From positions 1-61,320 of the forward strand of contig JBALDB010000034.1 in the NCBI GenBank assembly GCA_036918135.1: a stretch of 61,320 nucleotides of DNA, in the 5' to 3' direction. A model generated the notes under the pieces. That model saw nothing but the letters and a program-made list of their open reading frames with translations. It was not told the DNA's origin and did no database searches. The first letter of the stretch is position 1. The number at the start of each line of letters is the position of its first letter. Below are positions 29,841 through 38,406 of the stretch, piece after piece. This stretch comes from Nostoc sp. GTDB lineage: Bacteria; Cyanobacteriota; Cyanobacteriia; Cyanobacteriales; Nostocaceae. Position numbers and translations under genes: made by a program.

Positions 29841-30149
29841 ATGAGTAATTATCCACCTTTAACAATTGAAGAAGCTCGTAATTTTTGCTGCTGCTTCCCT
29901 TATCAAAACCGCGAGATTTGCATTTACGCAGGGGGAGGGAGCAACACTCAACACAATATGTATTGGGCTTATATTATTTACGACGAAGCAGGCGATCGCA
30001 CTGCTTATGAATATCTGTCAGAAAGCTGTCTGGACGTTAGCGATGCACTGCTATTTTGTCAGGCAATTATTGATAAGTGGGATGAGCCTTTGACCTACGA
30101 GGATGTAAGACTGTGGCGCGATATTTGTGAATATTTGAATACGCGGTGA
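29841..30149 (+). CDS. Hypothetical protein (antisense to head operon)
   Basis: 102-aa ATG ORF. Confidence 0.55.
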   Translation: MSNYPPLTIEEARNFCCCFPYQNREICIYAGGGSNTQHNMYWAYIIYDEAGDRTAYEYLSESCLDVSDALLFCQAIIDKWDEPLTYEDVRLWRDICEYLNTR

Positions 30150-30176
30150 TGGCTAGTCCCTTCAGAATTCATAAAT

Positions 30177-30614
30177 ATGAGAATCCCGGGATGCAGCCAC
30201 TTGATTGGTTACGACAGAACCCACAGACAAAAACTGTGGGATAAGTACAAAATCCAGTTCATCACTTACGATAAATTCTCGAAAAAAGACCAAGGCTGGG
30301 CGCTTAAGGGTAACTGGGAAGACAAGATTGATTTCTTAGAGCAAGTCTATATTTTGGAGCGCGATGAGAATACCTTGCCACGTCCTTGGTTAGACAAATG
30401 GGCGAGGAAGCAAGAAGCTAAAAAATATGAGGAATTGGCATCTGCTTTAAAAGTTATAGAGCGCGATTTAGATAATATTCATAGCTGCCATGATTGGACG
30501 CAAGCGGGTGTGTTTGATTATTTCACAAACAACACGCATATAATCAAAAACCTACTAAAACATTTAGGCTCTCGTTGTAGAGAAGCTAAAGGTTTATTGT
30601 CACAATTAGTATGA
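30177..30614 (+). CDS. Hypothetical protein
   Basis: 145-aa ATG ORF. Confidence 0.55.
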   Translation: MRIPGCSHLIGYDRTHRQKLWDKYKIQFITYDKFSKKDQGWALKGNWEDKIDFLEQVYILERDENTLPRPWLDKWARKQEAKKYEELASALKVIERDLDNIHSCHDWTQAGVFDYFTNNTHIIKNLLKHLGSRCREAKGLLSQLV

Positions 30615-30634
30615 ACAGATTGGAGTAAAAGATA

Positions 30635-30913
30635 ATGGCTTTGTTCGGTAAATACATTATTCAAAAAGCGGACGGGACGCCTGTAGATCCTAATGCTCAA
30701 TATTTTGTTCTTCGCCCTGACACTGACAAAGCAGCACGAGTAGCTATTCGTGCCTATATTCAAGAATTAAGTGATAGTGGTGACACTGCTCTCAAGCAAG
30801 ACTTAATCGCTTGGATAAAACATTTAGACGATAAAGATTACAAAAATGCAATGCGACGGCAAGCTGCTAGATATGGTGATGGCTCCATGTGGGAGGAATA
30901 TGGAAGAAGTTAA
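30635..30913 (+). CDS. Small phage-type hypothetical protein
   Basis: KYIIQKADG…YFVLRPDTDKAARVAIRAY; GGAG RBS. Confidence 0.6.
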   Translation: MALFGKYIIQKADGTPVDPNAQYFVLRPDTDKAARVAIRAYIQELSDSGDTALKQDLIAWIKHLDDKDYKNAMRRQAARYGDGSMWEEYGRS

Positions 30914-31009
30914 AAGCAGGAAAATTTTCCTGCTCCTCACTTGACTCAAAGGTATAATTCTATAACTTGAACTTGTACTTTTGACTAACAAAGTATAATT
31001 CCAATTTTG

Positions 31010-31966
31010 CTAACCACTGGACATCCGCGCAAACTCATCATCCTGAAAACCACCATTAGGAGTCCAAAGCGGGGTAGCTGGGCTAGTCAGCCCGCGCGAT
31101 CGCTCGAATTGTACCAGTCCCGGATTAAGGGGAGTTTTGGCAATTGCCGCCGTTGTAGCATGGTGAGATCGCATCCACTCCAAATCGACCAATCCATCCC
31201 TCAGCCACTCGGCTTTGACAGGCATCAAATAGCAGCGGCAGCGGACATGGAGGATAGCACTCACCTCGTCCAGCCGATAAATATTTCCACAGCGGAACGC
31301 ACAGAACCCGCATACGCGTTCGTCCTCTGCTGAGACTTGCTGCACGTAACCGATGGCATTAGTTTCGTAAGCTTCTCTTGTAGCTTGGTCTGTAGCTTGG
31401 AGTGTAGCGGTGCGGGCAATACTTTCGGCGTTGCGTTTTGAGATGCCTAAGTTACGCCGCAGTACTCCGGTTGTCCAAGGAATTCCCTTATTTTGAATCA
31501 ACCCTTGGGCGATGACTTGTTTGGCAGCGGTCTTAAATTCTGTTCCGGTTCCTGTTAGCCAACTCATCGCATCGCTAACGGCACTTTTAAGGGCTTCCAC
31601 TGGAACAGTAGAAGGCAAAATAATTGTATTTGGAGCAATGGTTCCAATCAATTCCAAAGCCATCGAACTGCCGTTTTGAGATGCTTGATTAATTAATTCA
31701 TTAACTCCCGCTTCTAGTGTTGCTGCTACTCGTGGGGGTACTAAATTTAGCAGTTCTTCTATTTCTTGGAGTAAGAGCGCAGAACGCTGTAGTCCGGTTA
31801 AATAAGGCTTAGATGTTGCCAAATATTTATCGTGCGATCGCCTCAAATTGTCTTCCATATTGGCATAGCTGGTTGCTAACGCTTGGAAGATTTGTTTGAT
31901 AGTTGCGTCCTCTGTAGTTTGGAGGATAGCATCGAAACGCCGAACAACATTAAAAGCGTCATTCAT
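31010..31966 (-). CDS. Head morphogenesis / minor capsid protein (SPP1 gp7, Mu F family)
   Basis: AESIART…DERVCGFC…HVRCRC signature. Confidence 0.85.
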   Translation of the reverse strand: MNDAFNVVRRFDAILQTTEDATIKQIFQALATSYANMEDNLRRSHDKYLATSKPYLTGLQRSALLLQEIEELLNLVPPRVAATLEAGVNELINQASQNGSSMALELIGTIAPNTIILPSTVPVEALKSAVSDAMSWLTGTGTEFKTAAKQVIAQGLIQNKGIPWTTGVLRRNLGISKRNAESIARTATLQATDQATREAYETNAIGYVQQVSAEDERVCGFCAFRCGNIYRLDEVSAILHVRCRCYLMPVKAEWLRDGLVDLEWMRSHHATTAAIAKTPLNPGLVQFERSRGLTSPATPLWTPNGGFQDDEFARMSSG

Positions 31967-31969
31967 ATT

Positions 31970-32329
31970 ATGAACTCCGTCCCCCTTCCCAATCTAGAAA
32001 AGTTATTAAACCCTGAAGCAACGGTTGTTGGTATGGTATTTCGAGAAAACCTCAAACCTTTTTTAGAAAAACATTTCACAAAAGTTAATTCTACAAGCGA
32101 TAGTTTAGGCTTGGGCGGAGTTCCAGTGTTCTTTGACGTAAACCAAGTGGAAGATTGCTTGATTTTTGAAGACAGAGAACTTTTAAAACTTTATCTTAAT
32201 CGCAATTCAAATGATGAATTCCGAATTCAAGTCATAGCCAAGTCAGTTCTAGAATCGGAATTAAAACTTACGCCGCCACAGAATTATCCTATGTGGGGTT
32301 GGTATGATTTACCGATTCAGAAGATGTAA
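31970..32329 (+). CDS. Hypothetical protein
   Basis: 119-aa ORF between the portal and gp7-like genes, on the opposite strand. Confidence 0.45.
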   Translation: MNSVPLPNLEKLLNPEATVVGMVFRENLKPFLEKHFTKVNSTSDSLGLGGVPVFFDVNQVEDCLIFEDRELLKLYLNRNSNDEFRIQVIAKSVLESELKLTPPQNYPMWGWYDLPIQKM

Positions 32330-32385
32330 CCATTTTTTGGTAAAAGCTGAGGCTTTACTTCTAACATTTTGTCTACACTACTACC

Positions 32386-33834
32386 TCAAGGGCTTTTAGA
32401 ATTATCTGATAATTCGGGAATTTTAAAAGCTGCGCTCATGGCATCTTTAGCTAATTCCTCATCAATCAAAGCTGCTTCTGCATCGGGATTTTCAATTCCC
32501 AATTTACTCATTGCAGTAGTTCTAGAAATTAATCTTGCCTGATAATTAGTGCGAGTTTCTGCTGTCTCTTCGGGGGTAACATAGTTGATTCCCTTGCGAA
32601 GTTTTACAGTCGCAAAAGTATTTTTATATTTAGCTGGTTCGACAAATCGCAACACCACTTCTAAAATATTGGCAAAAGCATTCTCGATTACTGGCGCAGG
32701 TCGGTCGAGACTAAGGTTAGCATCTTGCCTGAGTTGCACTCTTGATATCCCCGATATTGTGCCATCAGCAGACGCCAAAATGTGTCCTTGATTGAAGGCT
32801 AAATATAAACGCGCGGCAAATAGCGCTACAGACTTTTCAAAGGTTGTGATATCGATAGGGTCGCGGTAAGTAATGCCGGGGGTCAAATACTCTCCGTCTT
32901 TAGTTTTTATCCCCGATAAAAAAGTGGTCTTTCCAGGACCTAATTGCAAGCCCCTTTCATCTGGAATAAACCGCTGCTTCTCAGGGCGAGTTGGGTCTTC
33001 CACCCATTCACCGGGTGTTTGAGCGTTGGTAATTACTCGCTCCAAAAAGCCTGCCAAATCCAAGTTTCGCCCCAACATGGTCAAAGCTTTATTAATAGCG
33101 TTTTGTAGCCTTTTAATGTCCTTGTTGATGATACTTGGGCTACGCAATTCGTAAATTGTCCAGCGCCCGTTAAAATCAGCCTCCCAATTTTCGGTCACCG
33201 ACTCACTTTTTTTTTCACCAGGGGAGGTCACTATAAAAGTGAGTTTTCCCGTTTGCGGGTTTAGGGATTGAATTTCAGTTCCACCTTTGTAGGTATAAGC
33301 AATCTGCTCGATTTCTCCGTCATCATCCCTGTCCACTTTTACACTTCCCAGAGGCGGACAATGCAGGCGAATCTTTTGGTAAAGCTTGGCATTATTCATA
33401 CCTTTGTATCGCTTGGGCTGGTAAAGGCGCAGGTATCCAGTGCCAGTCACTAGCATTTGAGTTACTGCCATCGTTAAAGGATTGGCGTCTTCGTCGGTGT
33501 CCTGGACGGCGATATGCTGGAGCAGCTGATCGAGCCAAGTTTGCAATGTTTTCTCAGCGTCTGTCATCTGCGGTGATCGCTCAGATGAATTTGCGTCGTC
33601 ATTACCAGCATACAAAAACCAATGGGGCATCATGCCAACCATTGCAGCTACGTTACGGTCTACGCACTCTTTAATTAGATTGTTGGAAATATACCCGGCT
33701 TCAATTTGTTTAGTAATTGCTTCTGCATGAGTGTCGCCTTGGGAAGGTTTTGGTCCCGTCCAAAATTGAAAAGTATTGCCACAGTAATAATCCCAATTTT
33801 CTGTAATTTGTTCTTTTTTTAGATTTTGAACCAC
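32386..33834 (-). CDS. Phage portal protein
   Basis: 482 aa; DYYxG, NLIKECVD, LQNAINK, ISGISR, ISRTTAMSKLG…E..LIDEE; upstream of the gp7-like gene. Confidence 0.8.
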   Translation of the reverse strand: MVQNLKKEQITENWDYYCGNTFQFWTGPKPSQGDTHAEAITKQIEAGYISNNLIKECVDRNVAAMVGMMPHWFLYAGNDDANSSERSPQMTDAEKTLQTWLDQLLQHIAVQDTDEDANPLTMAVTQMLVTGTGYLRLYQPKRYKGMNNAKLYQKIRLHCPPLGSVKVDRDDDGEIEQIAYTYKGGTEIQSLNPQTGKLTFIVTSPGEKKSESVTENWEADFNGRWTIYELRSPSIINKDIKRLQNAINKALTMLGRNLDLAGFLERVITNAQTPGEWVEDPTRPEKQRFIPDERGLQLGPGKTTFLSGIKTKDGEYLTPGITYRDPIDITTFEKSVALFAARLYLAFNQGHILASADGTISGISRVQLRQDANLSLDRPAPVIENAFANILEVVLRFVEPAKYKNTFATVKLRKGINYVTPEETAETRTNYQARLISRTTAMSKLGIENPDAEAALIDEELAKDAMSAAFKIPELSDNSKSP

Positions 33835-34004
33835 TATATTGTTGTTTATATTAAATACACTTTATCCTACTGAGGAATAGCTTTTTCATGTAACCGGAAA
33901 ATCACTAGGATAAGAATTTAATAGTTCATCATACCTTCGTATAGGTAATACACGAGGAAGATGTCCCCACGCACTACAGTTCTCTTGGAAATCTTTTCAA
34001 ATCT

Positions 34005-34250
34005 TGTACAGTGACTAATTAACTGTCAAAGTGACAGAATTGATGTCATTTGACAAATCCTTGCTGTACAAGCATGAGAGTGACTTAACAATACTATGCT
34101 CAATACAGTTCTGTGACAAATTAAATGTCATATTCTCAATTTTTGACAAATTAGCTGTCGCTTTATGGATTAGAAAAAACCAGTAATCAAGAATATGTCC
34201 TTCTTTTGCGACAACAAAATCTCCTCACGACAACAATCTGTCACTGTACA
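34005..34250. mobile_element. Tn7/CAST-type transposon ends (mini-element or remnant)
   Basis: TGTACAGTGAC at both termini, inverted; four 17-bp TGAC-N8-TGTCR TnsB-type sites inside. Confidence 0.75.
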
Positions 34251-34470
34251 GAAGATGAAGCAGCTGTAGGGGGCAAGGGGGTGATCGCTGATGAAAATTC
34301 TGAGAGGAAAAGTTACCACAGGTGAGTGATGGAGCGATCACTCTTTATATTAAGAATTTAACAGACAAGCGAGTTTGTAATTGCTAGACTCATCTTTATG
34401 AATTTACTGAGAGCGTGTATTTTTTTGTAAAAAATATCGTGCCGTATATTAAATATTACTGAGATTTTGT

Positions 34471-34497
34471 AGGCGGAAGTGTTTTTGCCGGGTAAGT
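34471..34497 (+). promoter_or_regulatory. Putative operator upstream of the WYL gene
   Basis: AGGCGGAAGTGTTTTTGCCGGGTAAGT; 22/27 identical to 41772-41798. Confidence 0.55.
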
Positions 34498-34540
34498 AAT
34501 TTAGGCTTGGGTATAAGCTAACTCATCCGCTAAAGAATCT

Positions 34541-35506
34541 ATGTCCCGGCATCTAGAGCGACTATTACAAATAGACTCATTGCTGAGAACTACACAGCGA
34601 CCAACAACTTTAACCCTTGCCAAAGAGTTAGAAGTTAGCGAGCGTACTGTTCGCAGTGACTTGGCTTTTTTACGCGATCGCTTTAATGCACCTTTGGAGT
34701 TCAATCGAAAAAAGGGTCATCACTACACTGATCTAGAGTGGCGATTACCTAGTATTTCTCTTTCGCAAGGAGAATTGTTTGCTTTGACTTTAGGAGCAAG
34801 GATGCTGCAAGCTTATGCTGGGTCTGCTTATGTGAATGATTTGCATTCTGCAATTATACGCTTGGGCGAACGATTGCCCGAACAGACTTGGGTTGACTTG
34901 CAACAAATAGCTGATGAAAAAATTATTTTTACGGCTGGCGCAGAAACTTATCTCGACCCTCAAATTTGGAGTCAGTTAGTTAAAGCGTGTCGCAATTCTC
35001 AACAAGTCAAAATTTACTATTACACTGCCAGTCGCAATACTAGTTCTGACAGAGTTATAGATCCTTATTTACTACACATTTATAGAGGTACTAATCCTTA
35101 TTTAATTGGCTTTTGTCATCAAAGACAGGCTATGCGCTGGTTTCGTGTAGACAGAATTAAGGAATTACAACTACTAAATAGCAAATTCATTCGCGATCCA
35201 ACTTTCAATGCTAAAGAACACTTAGAGAAAATTTTTCAGTCAGAAGTAGGCAGTGGAAATCCTGTACCTGTAACAATTTGGTTTGATACTTCAACTGCTC
35301 CCTATGTGCGGGAACGGCGCTGGCATCCTACTCAGGAAATTGAAGAACATTCTGACGGTTCTATTACTTTGCAAATGAAGGTGACTGGGTTGAATGATCT
35401 CAAGCGTTGGGTGTTGGGGTATGGCAAGGGAGCGATCGTTAAATCACCACCTGAGTTGGTGGAAATGGTTCGAGATGAGCTAAAAGCTATGAGTGCACAA
35501 TATTGA
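34541..35506 (+). CDS. HTH-WYL-WCX transcriptional regulator
   Basis: LAKELEVSERTVRSDL HTH; PYLIGFC…FRVDRI; WVLGYG…SPPEL. Confidence 0.93.
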   Translation: MSRHLERLLQIDSLLRTTQRPTTLTLAKELEVSERTVRSDLAFLRDRFNAPLEFNRKKGHHYTDLEWRLPSISLSQGELFALTLGARMLQAYAGSAYVNDLHSAIIRLGERLPEQTWVDLQQIADEKIIFTAGAETYLDPQIWSQLVKACRNSQQVKIYYYTASRNTSSDRVIDPYLLHIYRGTNPYLIGFCHQRQAMRWFRVDRIKELQLLNSKFIRDPTFNAKEHLEKIFQSEVGSGNPVPVTIWFDTSTAPYVRERRWHPTQEIEEHSDGSITLQMKVTGLNDLKRWVLGYGKGAIVKSPPELVEMVRDELKAMSAQY

Positions 35507-35519
35507 GAAGACTAGATCT

Positions 35520-36176
35520 ATGAATTTTTTAGAGATTCAATTTGCCCTACGCGGTAAAACATTGCCAGCGGATCATGGGTATGCACTCTATTCCGCTGTC
35601 AAGAAACTACTTCAAGAAAGTGAAGATGAATTACTTCCTAATGATTTACCACCGGAGGTTCGCTTGTGTAGTATACCAGGCATCAATGATCGATGTGGCA
35701 TGATTTACCTAAATCGAGGTTCGCGATTTAGACTACGTTGCCCTTCAGAGCAGACGCAAACCTGGTATAGACTTCTGCAAAACCAGGTCTTTGAGATTCG
35801 AGGTCATTTGATTCGATTGATTCAGCCAAGAATTACATTGCCAGAAGCAAATAAGATTTTGGTATCAAGACTGGTGACATTTAAGTTAGATGCAATAGAT
35901 CATGCCGATCTGCCTCGGTATTTTCTGGAGTCTTGCCAGAAGGGACTAGAACGCCTAGAAATCAAGGGGCAGGCGTTTATTCCCAGTGATACCAATGGTG
36001 ATTTAGCGCGACGCACCATACAGGTGAAGGACAAGAAAATTGTCGGCTATGGGGTAGTTGTAGAGGGATTGAGTGAGAAAGACTCGCTGAAACTGCAATG
36101 GCATGGGCTAGGTGGGCGGCAACACTTTGGCTGCGGTTGGTTTTATCCATCACAGGAAGAACCCAATGTCAATTAA
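35520..36176 (+). CDS. cas6: Cas6 (Myxan/Cmx6 type)
   Basis: LPADHGYALYSA; C-terminal GLGGRQHFGCGWF glycine loop. Confidence 0.92.
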   Translation: MNFLEIQFALRGKTLPADHGYALYSAVKKLLQESEDELLPNDLPPEVRLCSIPGINDRCGMIYLNRGSRFRLRCPSEQTQTWYRLLQNQVFEIRGHLIRLIQPRITLPEANKILVSRLVTFKLDAIDHADLPRYFLESCQKGLERLEIKGQAFIPSDTNGDLARRTIQVKDKKIVGYGVVVEGLSEKDSLKLQWHGLGGRQHFGCGWFYPSQEEPNVN

Positions 36177-38391
36177 AATGCAAACCCTACGTCCTAAATT
36201 ACTATTAGCAAAATCGATGGAGGTTCCGTGGAAAGGAGCTTATACCTTGACTGGACATACTGCCTCTGTGGTTGAAGCAGTGACTACGCTAATAGATACC
36301 TTGGGAAATCAGCTTCTGTTTCAGTTTGGTTTATCATGCTGTGATTTAGCCCAGCTTCGAGCTACAGCGCGGCTTGCTGCCTACATTCATGATTTGGGAA
36401 AAGCAAATGACCATTTTCAGGCAGTCGTTCGCAAGCTGAAAAATCCGATGGAGCATCCACAATTAATACGACATGAGGCGCTTTCTGTCTTGCTAGCGTG
36501 GGAATTGCGGGATTGGTTAGCTACAGGCGATGGTAATTTTCTGATTGCGATCGCGGCAGCAGGTGGGCATCACCTCAAACTAGGCGGTGAGAGTGGTAAA
36601 CAAACGGATGAGTTAGGTGAAATCCGGGAGTCTGGAGTAGATGCGTGGACAAGGGGCGATCGCATTTTGCTCTACACGAATCACCAGCACTTTACTGGGT
36701 TACTGAGATACGGGCAAAAAGCTTGTGGACTTGCTTCACATCTCCCTCAAGACCTACCAACAAGCTGGACAATTGCAGATATCAAACAGCATAGAAAAAT
36801 GCTCTTGCAGCAGTTTACGACCTGGGAAGCTGATCCAATATTGACTGCCGTTGTCAAAGCATTGCTTGTGGCTGCTGATAGCAGTGGATCGGCATTACCC
36901 GTAAACAATGTACCAATCCGACCGTGGATTCAAACCCAAATTCATTACACACTGACAGAACCAGAATTACAGCATGTTGTGGATGAACGATTGAACGGTG
37001 ATACGTTGCGTCCCTTCCAAAAGGATCTGGGTAACGCCACCTCACGGGTAAGACTGGCACGAGCAGGTTGTGGTACAGGCAAAACTTTAGGTGCTTACAA
37101 CTGGGCCAAACATCATGCTGTAGGGCGCAAGCTGTTTTTCTGCTATCCCACTACAGGCACTAGCACTGAAGGCTTTCTTGATTATACCCATGACAAAGTA
37201 GATTCAACCTTACTGCATACTCGTGCAGCAGTCGATCTGGAGCATTTAGACCTGCATTCAACGGGCGATGAGGACGATCTTGAAACCAAATTAGAGTCGT
37301 TTAAGGCATGGAGCACCAAAGTTAGCGTTTGCACGGTAGATACAGTATTAGGACTGCTGCAATGCAATCGTCGTCCGATGTATTGTTTCCCAGCGATCGC
37401 CCAGGCTGCGTTTGTCTTCGATGAGGTGCACTGCTATGACAACAAGCTGTTTGGGGCATTGTTACGATTTCTCGAAGTGGTAAAAGCGCCAGTTCTGCTT
37501 ATGTCAGCATCGTTTCTACCCTGGCAGATCAAAGCAATCGAAACCGCAGTCGGTGAACCGATAAACATAATTCATGGCCCGAAGGAATTAGAAACCCAAC
37601 CTCGTTATCGATTTCGTTTCGCAGATGCCCCTGATTGGGAGCGGGTCAAGGCTGAATTTGAGCAAGGCGGCAAGATTCTATGGGTTTGCAATCAAGTAAA
37701 TACAGCGATTGCAGTCTACGAAAAGGCAAAGCAGTATGGCTTGCAACCCCTGCTTTATCACAGCCGCTATAAGTATGGCGATCGCGTCAACCATCACCGA
37801 GAAGTCGTGGATCGGTTTAAGGCACAAGGAGCAGTGATGGCAATTGCTACCCAGGTTGCCGAAATGTCATTAGATTTGTCGGCCACGTTATTAGTATCAC
37901 AGATTGCCGATCCAGCAGGATTGATCCAACGGCTAGGACGGCTAAACCGCCGCTACTGCGGTCATGCTCTGGATGCCCTGTTTTATCCTGATGAAAAAGT
38001 GGGGTTTCCTTATAGCCAAGATGAGTTGGATGCCGGTGCTGCACTGATTCAAAGCTTTAGTGGAGAAGTTTGTCAAGCAGATTTAGCCCTGTGGCTAGAG
38101 AAAGCAGCCGTACAGGGTTCGCCTGACCAGGATTCAGTTTGGCTTGATGGTGAGTGGCGCACCTATCCAGCATCGCTAAGGGAGGCAGGCTATACCATCA
38201 CGGTACTACTGGAACAGGATTTGAAAACGGTCGAAAAACTGCCTGCAAAGCTGTTACCGCGCTATACAGTGCCCTTAGTAGTCAACAGTAAGCAGACTAA
38301 GGGCTGGAAGAAATGTCGGCGATATCCTGTGGCTCCGGCAGACGCTTGGGGTTACTCATCAGACATTGGTGCATTCCAGATTAAGAGTTGA
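36166..38391 (+). CDS. cas3: Cas3 HD nuclease-helicase
   Basis: HDLGKAN, GCGTGKT, DEVH, SAS, QRLGRLNR. Confidence 0.95.
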   Translation: MSIKMQTLRPKLLLAKSMEVPWKGAYTLTGHTASVVEAVTTLIDTLGNQLLFQFGLSCCDLAQLRATARLAAYIHDLGKANDHFQAVVRKLKNPMEHPQLIRHEALSVLLAWELRDWLATGDGNFLIAIAAAGGHHLKLGGESGKQTDELGEIRESGVDAWTRGDRILLYTNHQHFTGLLRYGQKACGLASHLPQDLPTSWTIADIKQHRKMLLQQFTTWEADPILTAVVKALLVAADSSGSALPVNNVPIRPWIQTQIHYTLTEPELQHVVDERLNGDTLRPFQKDLGNATSRVRLARAGCGTGKTLGAYNWAKHHAVGRKLFFCYPTTGTSTEGFLDYTHDKVDSTLLHTRAAVDLEHLDLHSTGDEDDLETKLESFKAWSTKVSVCTVDTVLGLLQCNRRPMYCFPAIAQAAFVFDEVHCYDNKLFGALLRFLEVVKAPVLLMSASFLPWQIKAIETAVGEPINIIHGPKELETQPRYRFRFADAPDWERVKAEFEQGGKILWVCNQVNTAIAVYEKAKQYGLQPLLYHSRYKYGDRVNHHREVVDRFKAQGAVMAIATQVAEMSLDLSATLLVSQIADPAGLIQRLGRLNRRYCGHALDALFYPDEKVGFPYSQDELDAGAALIQSFSGEVCQADLALWLEKAAVQGSPDQDSVWLDGEWRTYPASLREAGYTITVLLEQDLKTVEKLPAKLLPRYTVPLVVNSKQTKGWKKCRRYPVAPADAWGYSSDIGAFQIKS

Positions 38392-38406
38392 AGAAGGTGA
38401 TAAATC

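Noticed and set aside
30941..31001. TTGACT…TATAAT as sigma70 promoters
   Set aside because: Spacing is only 6-7 bp, too short for a -35/-10 pair.
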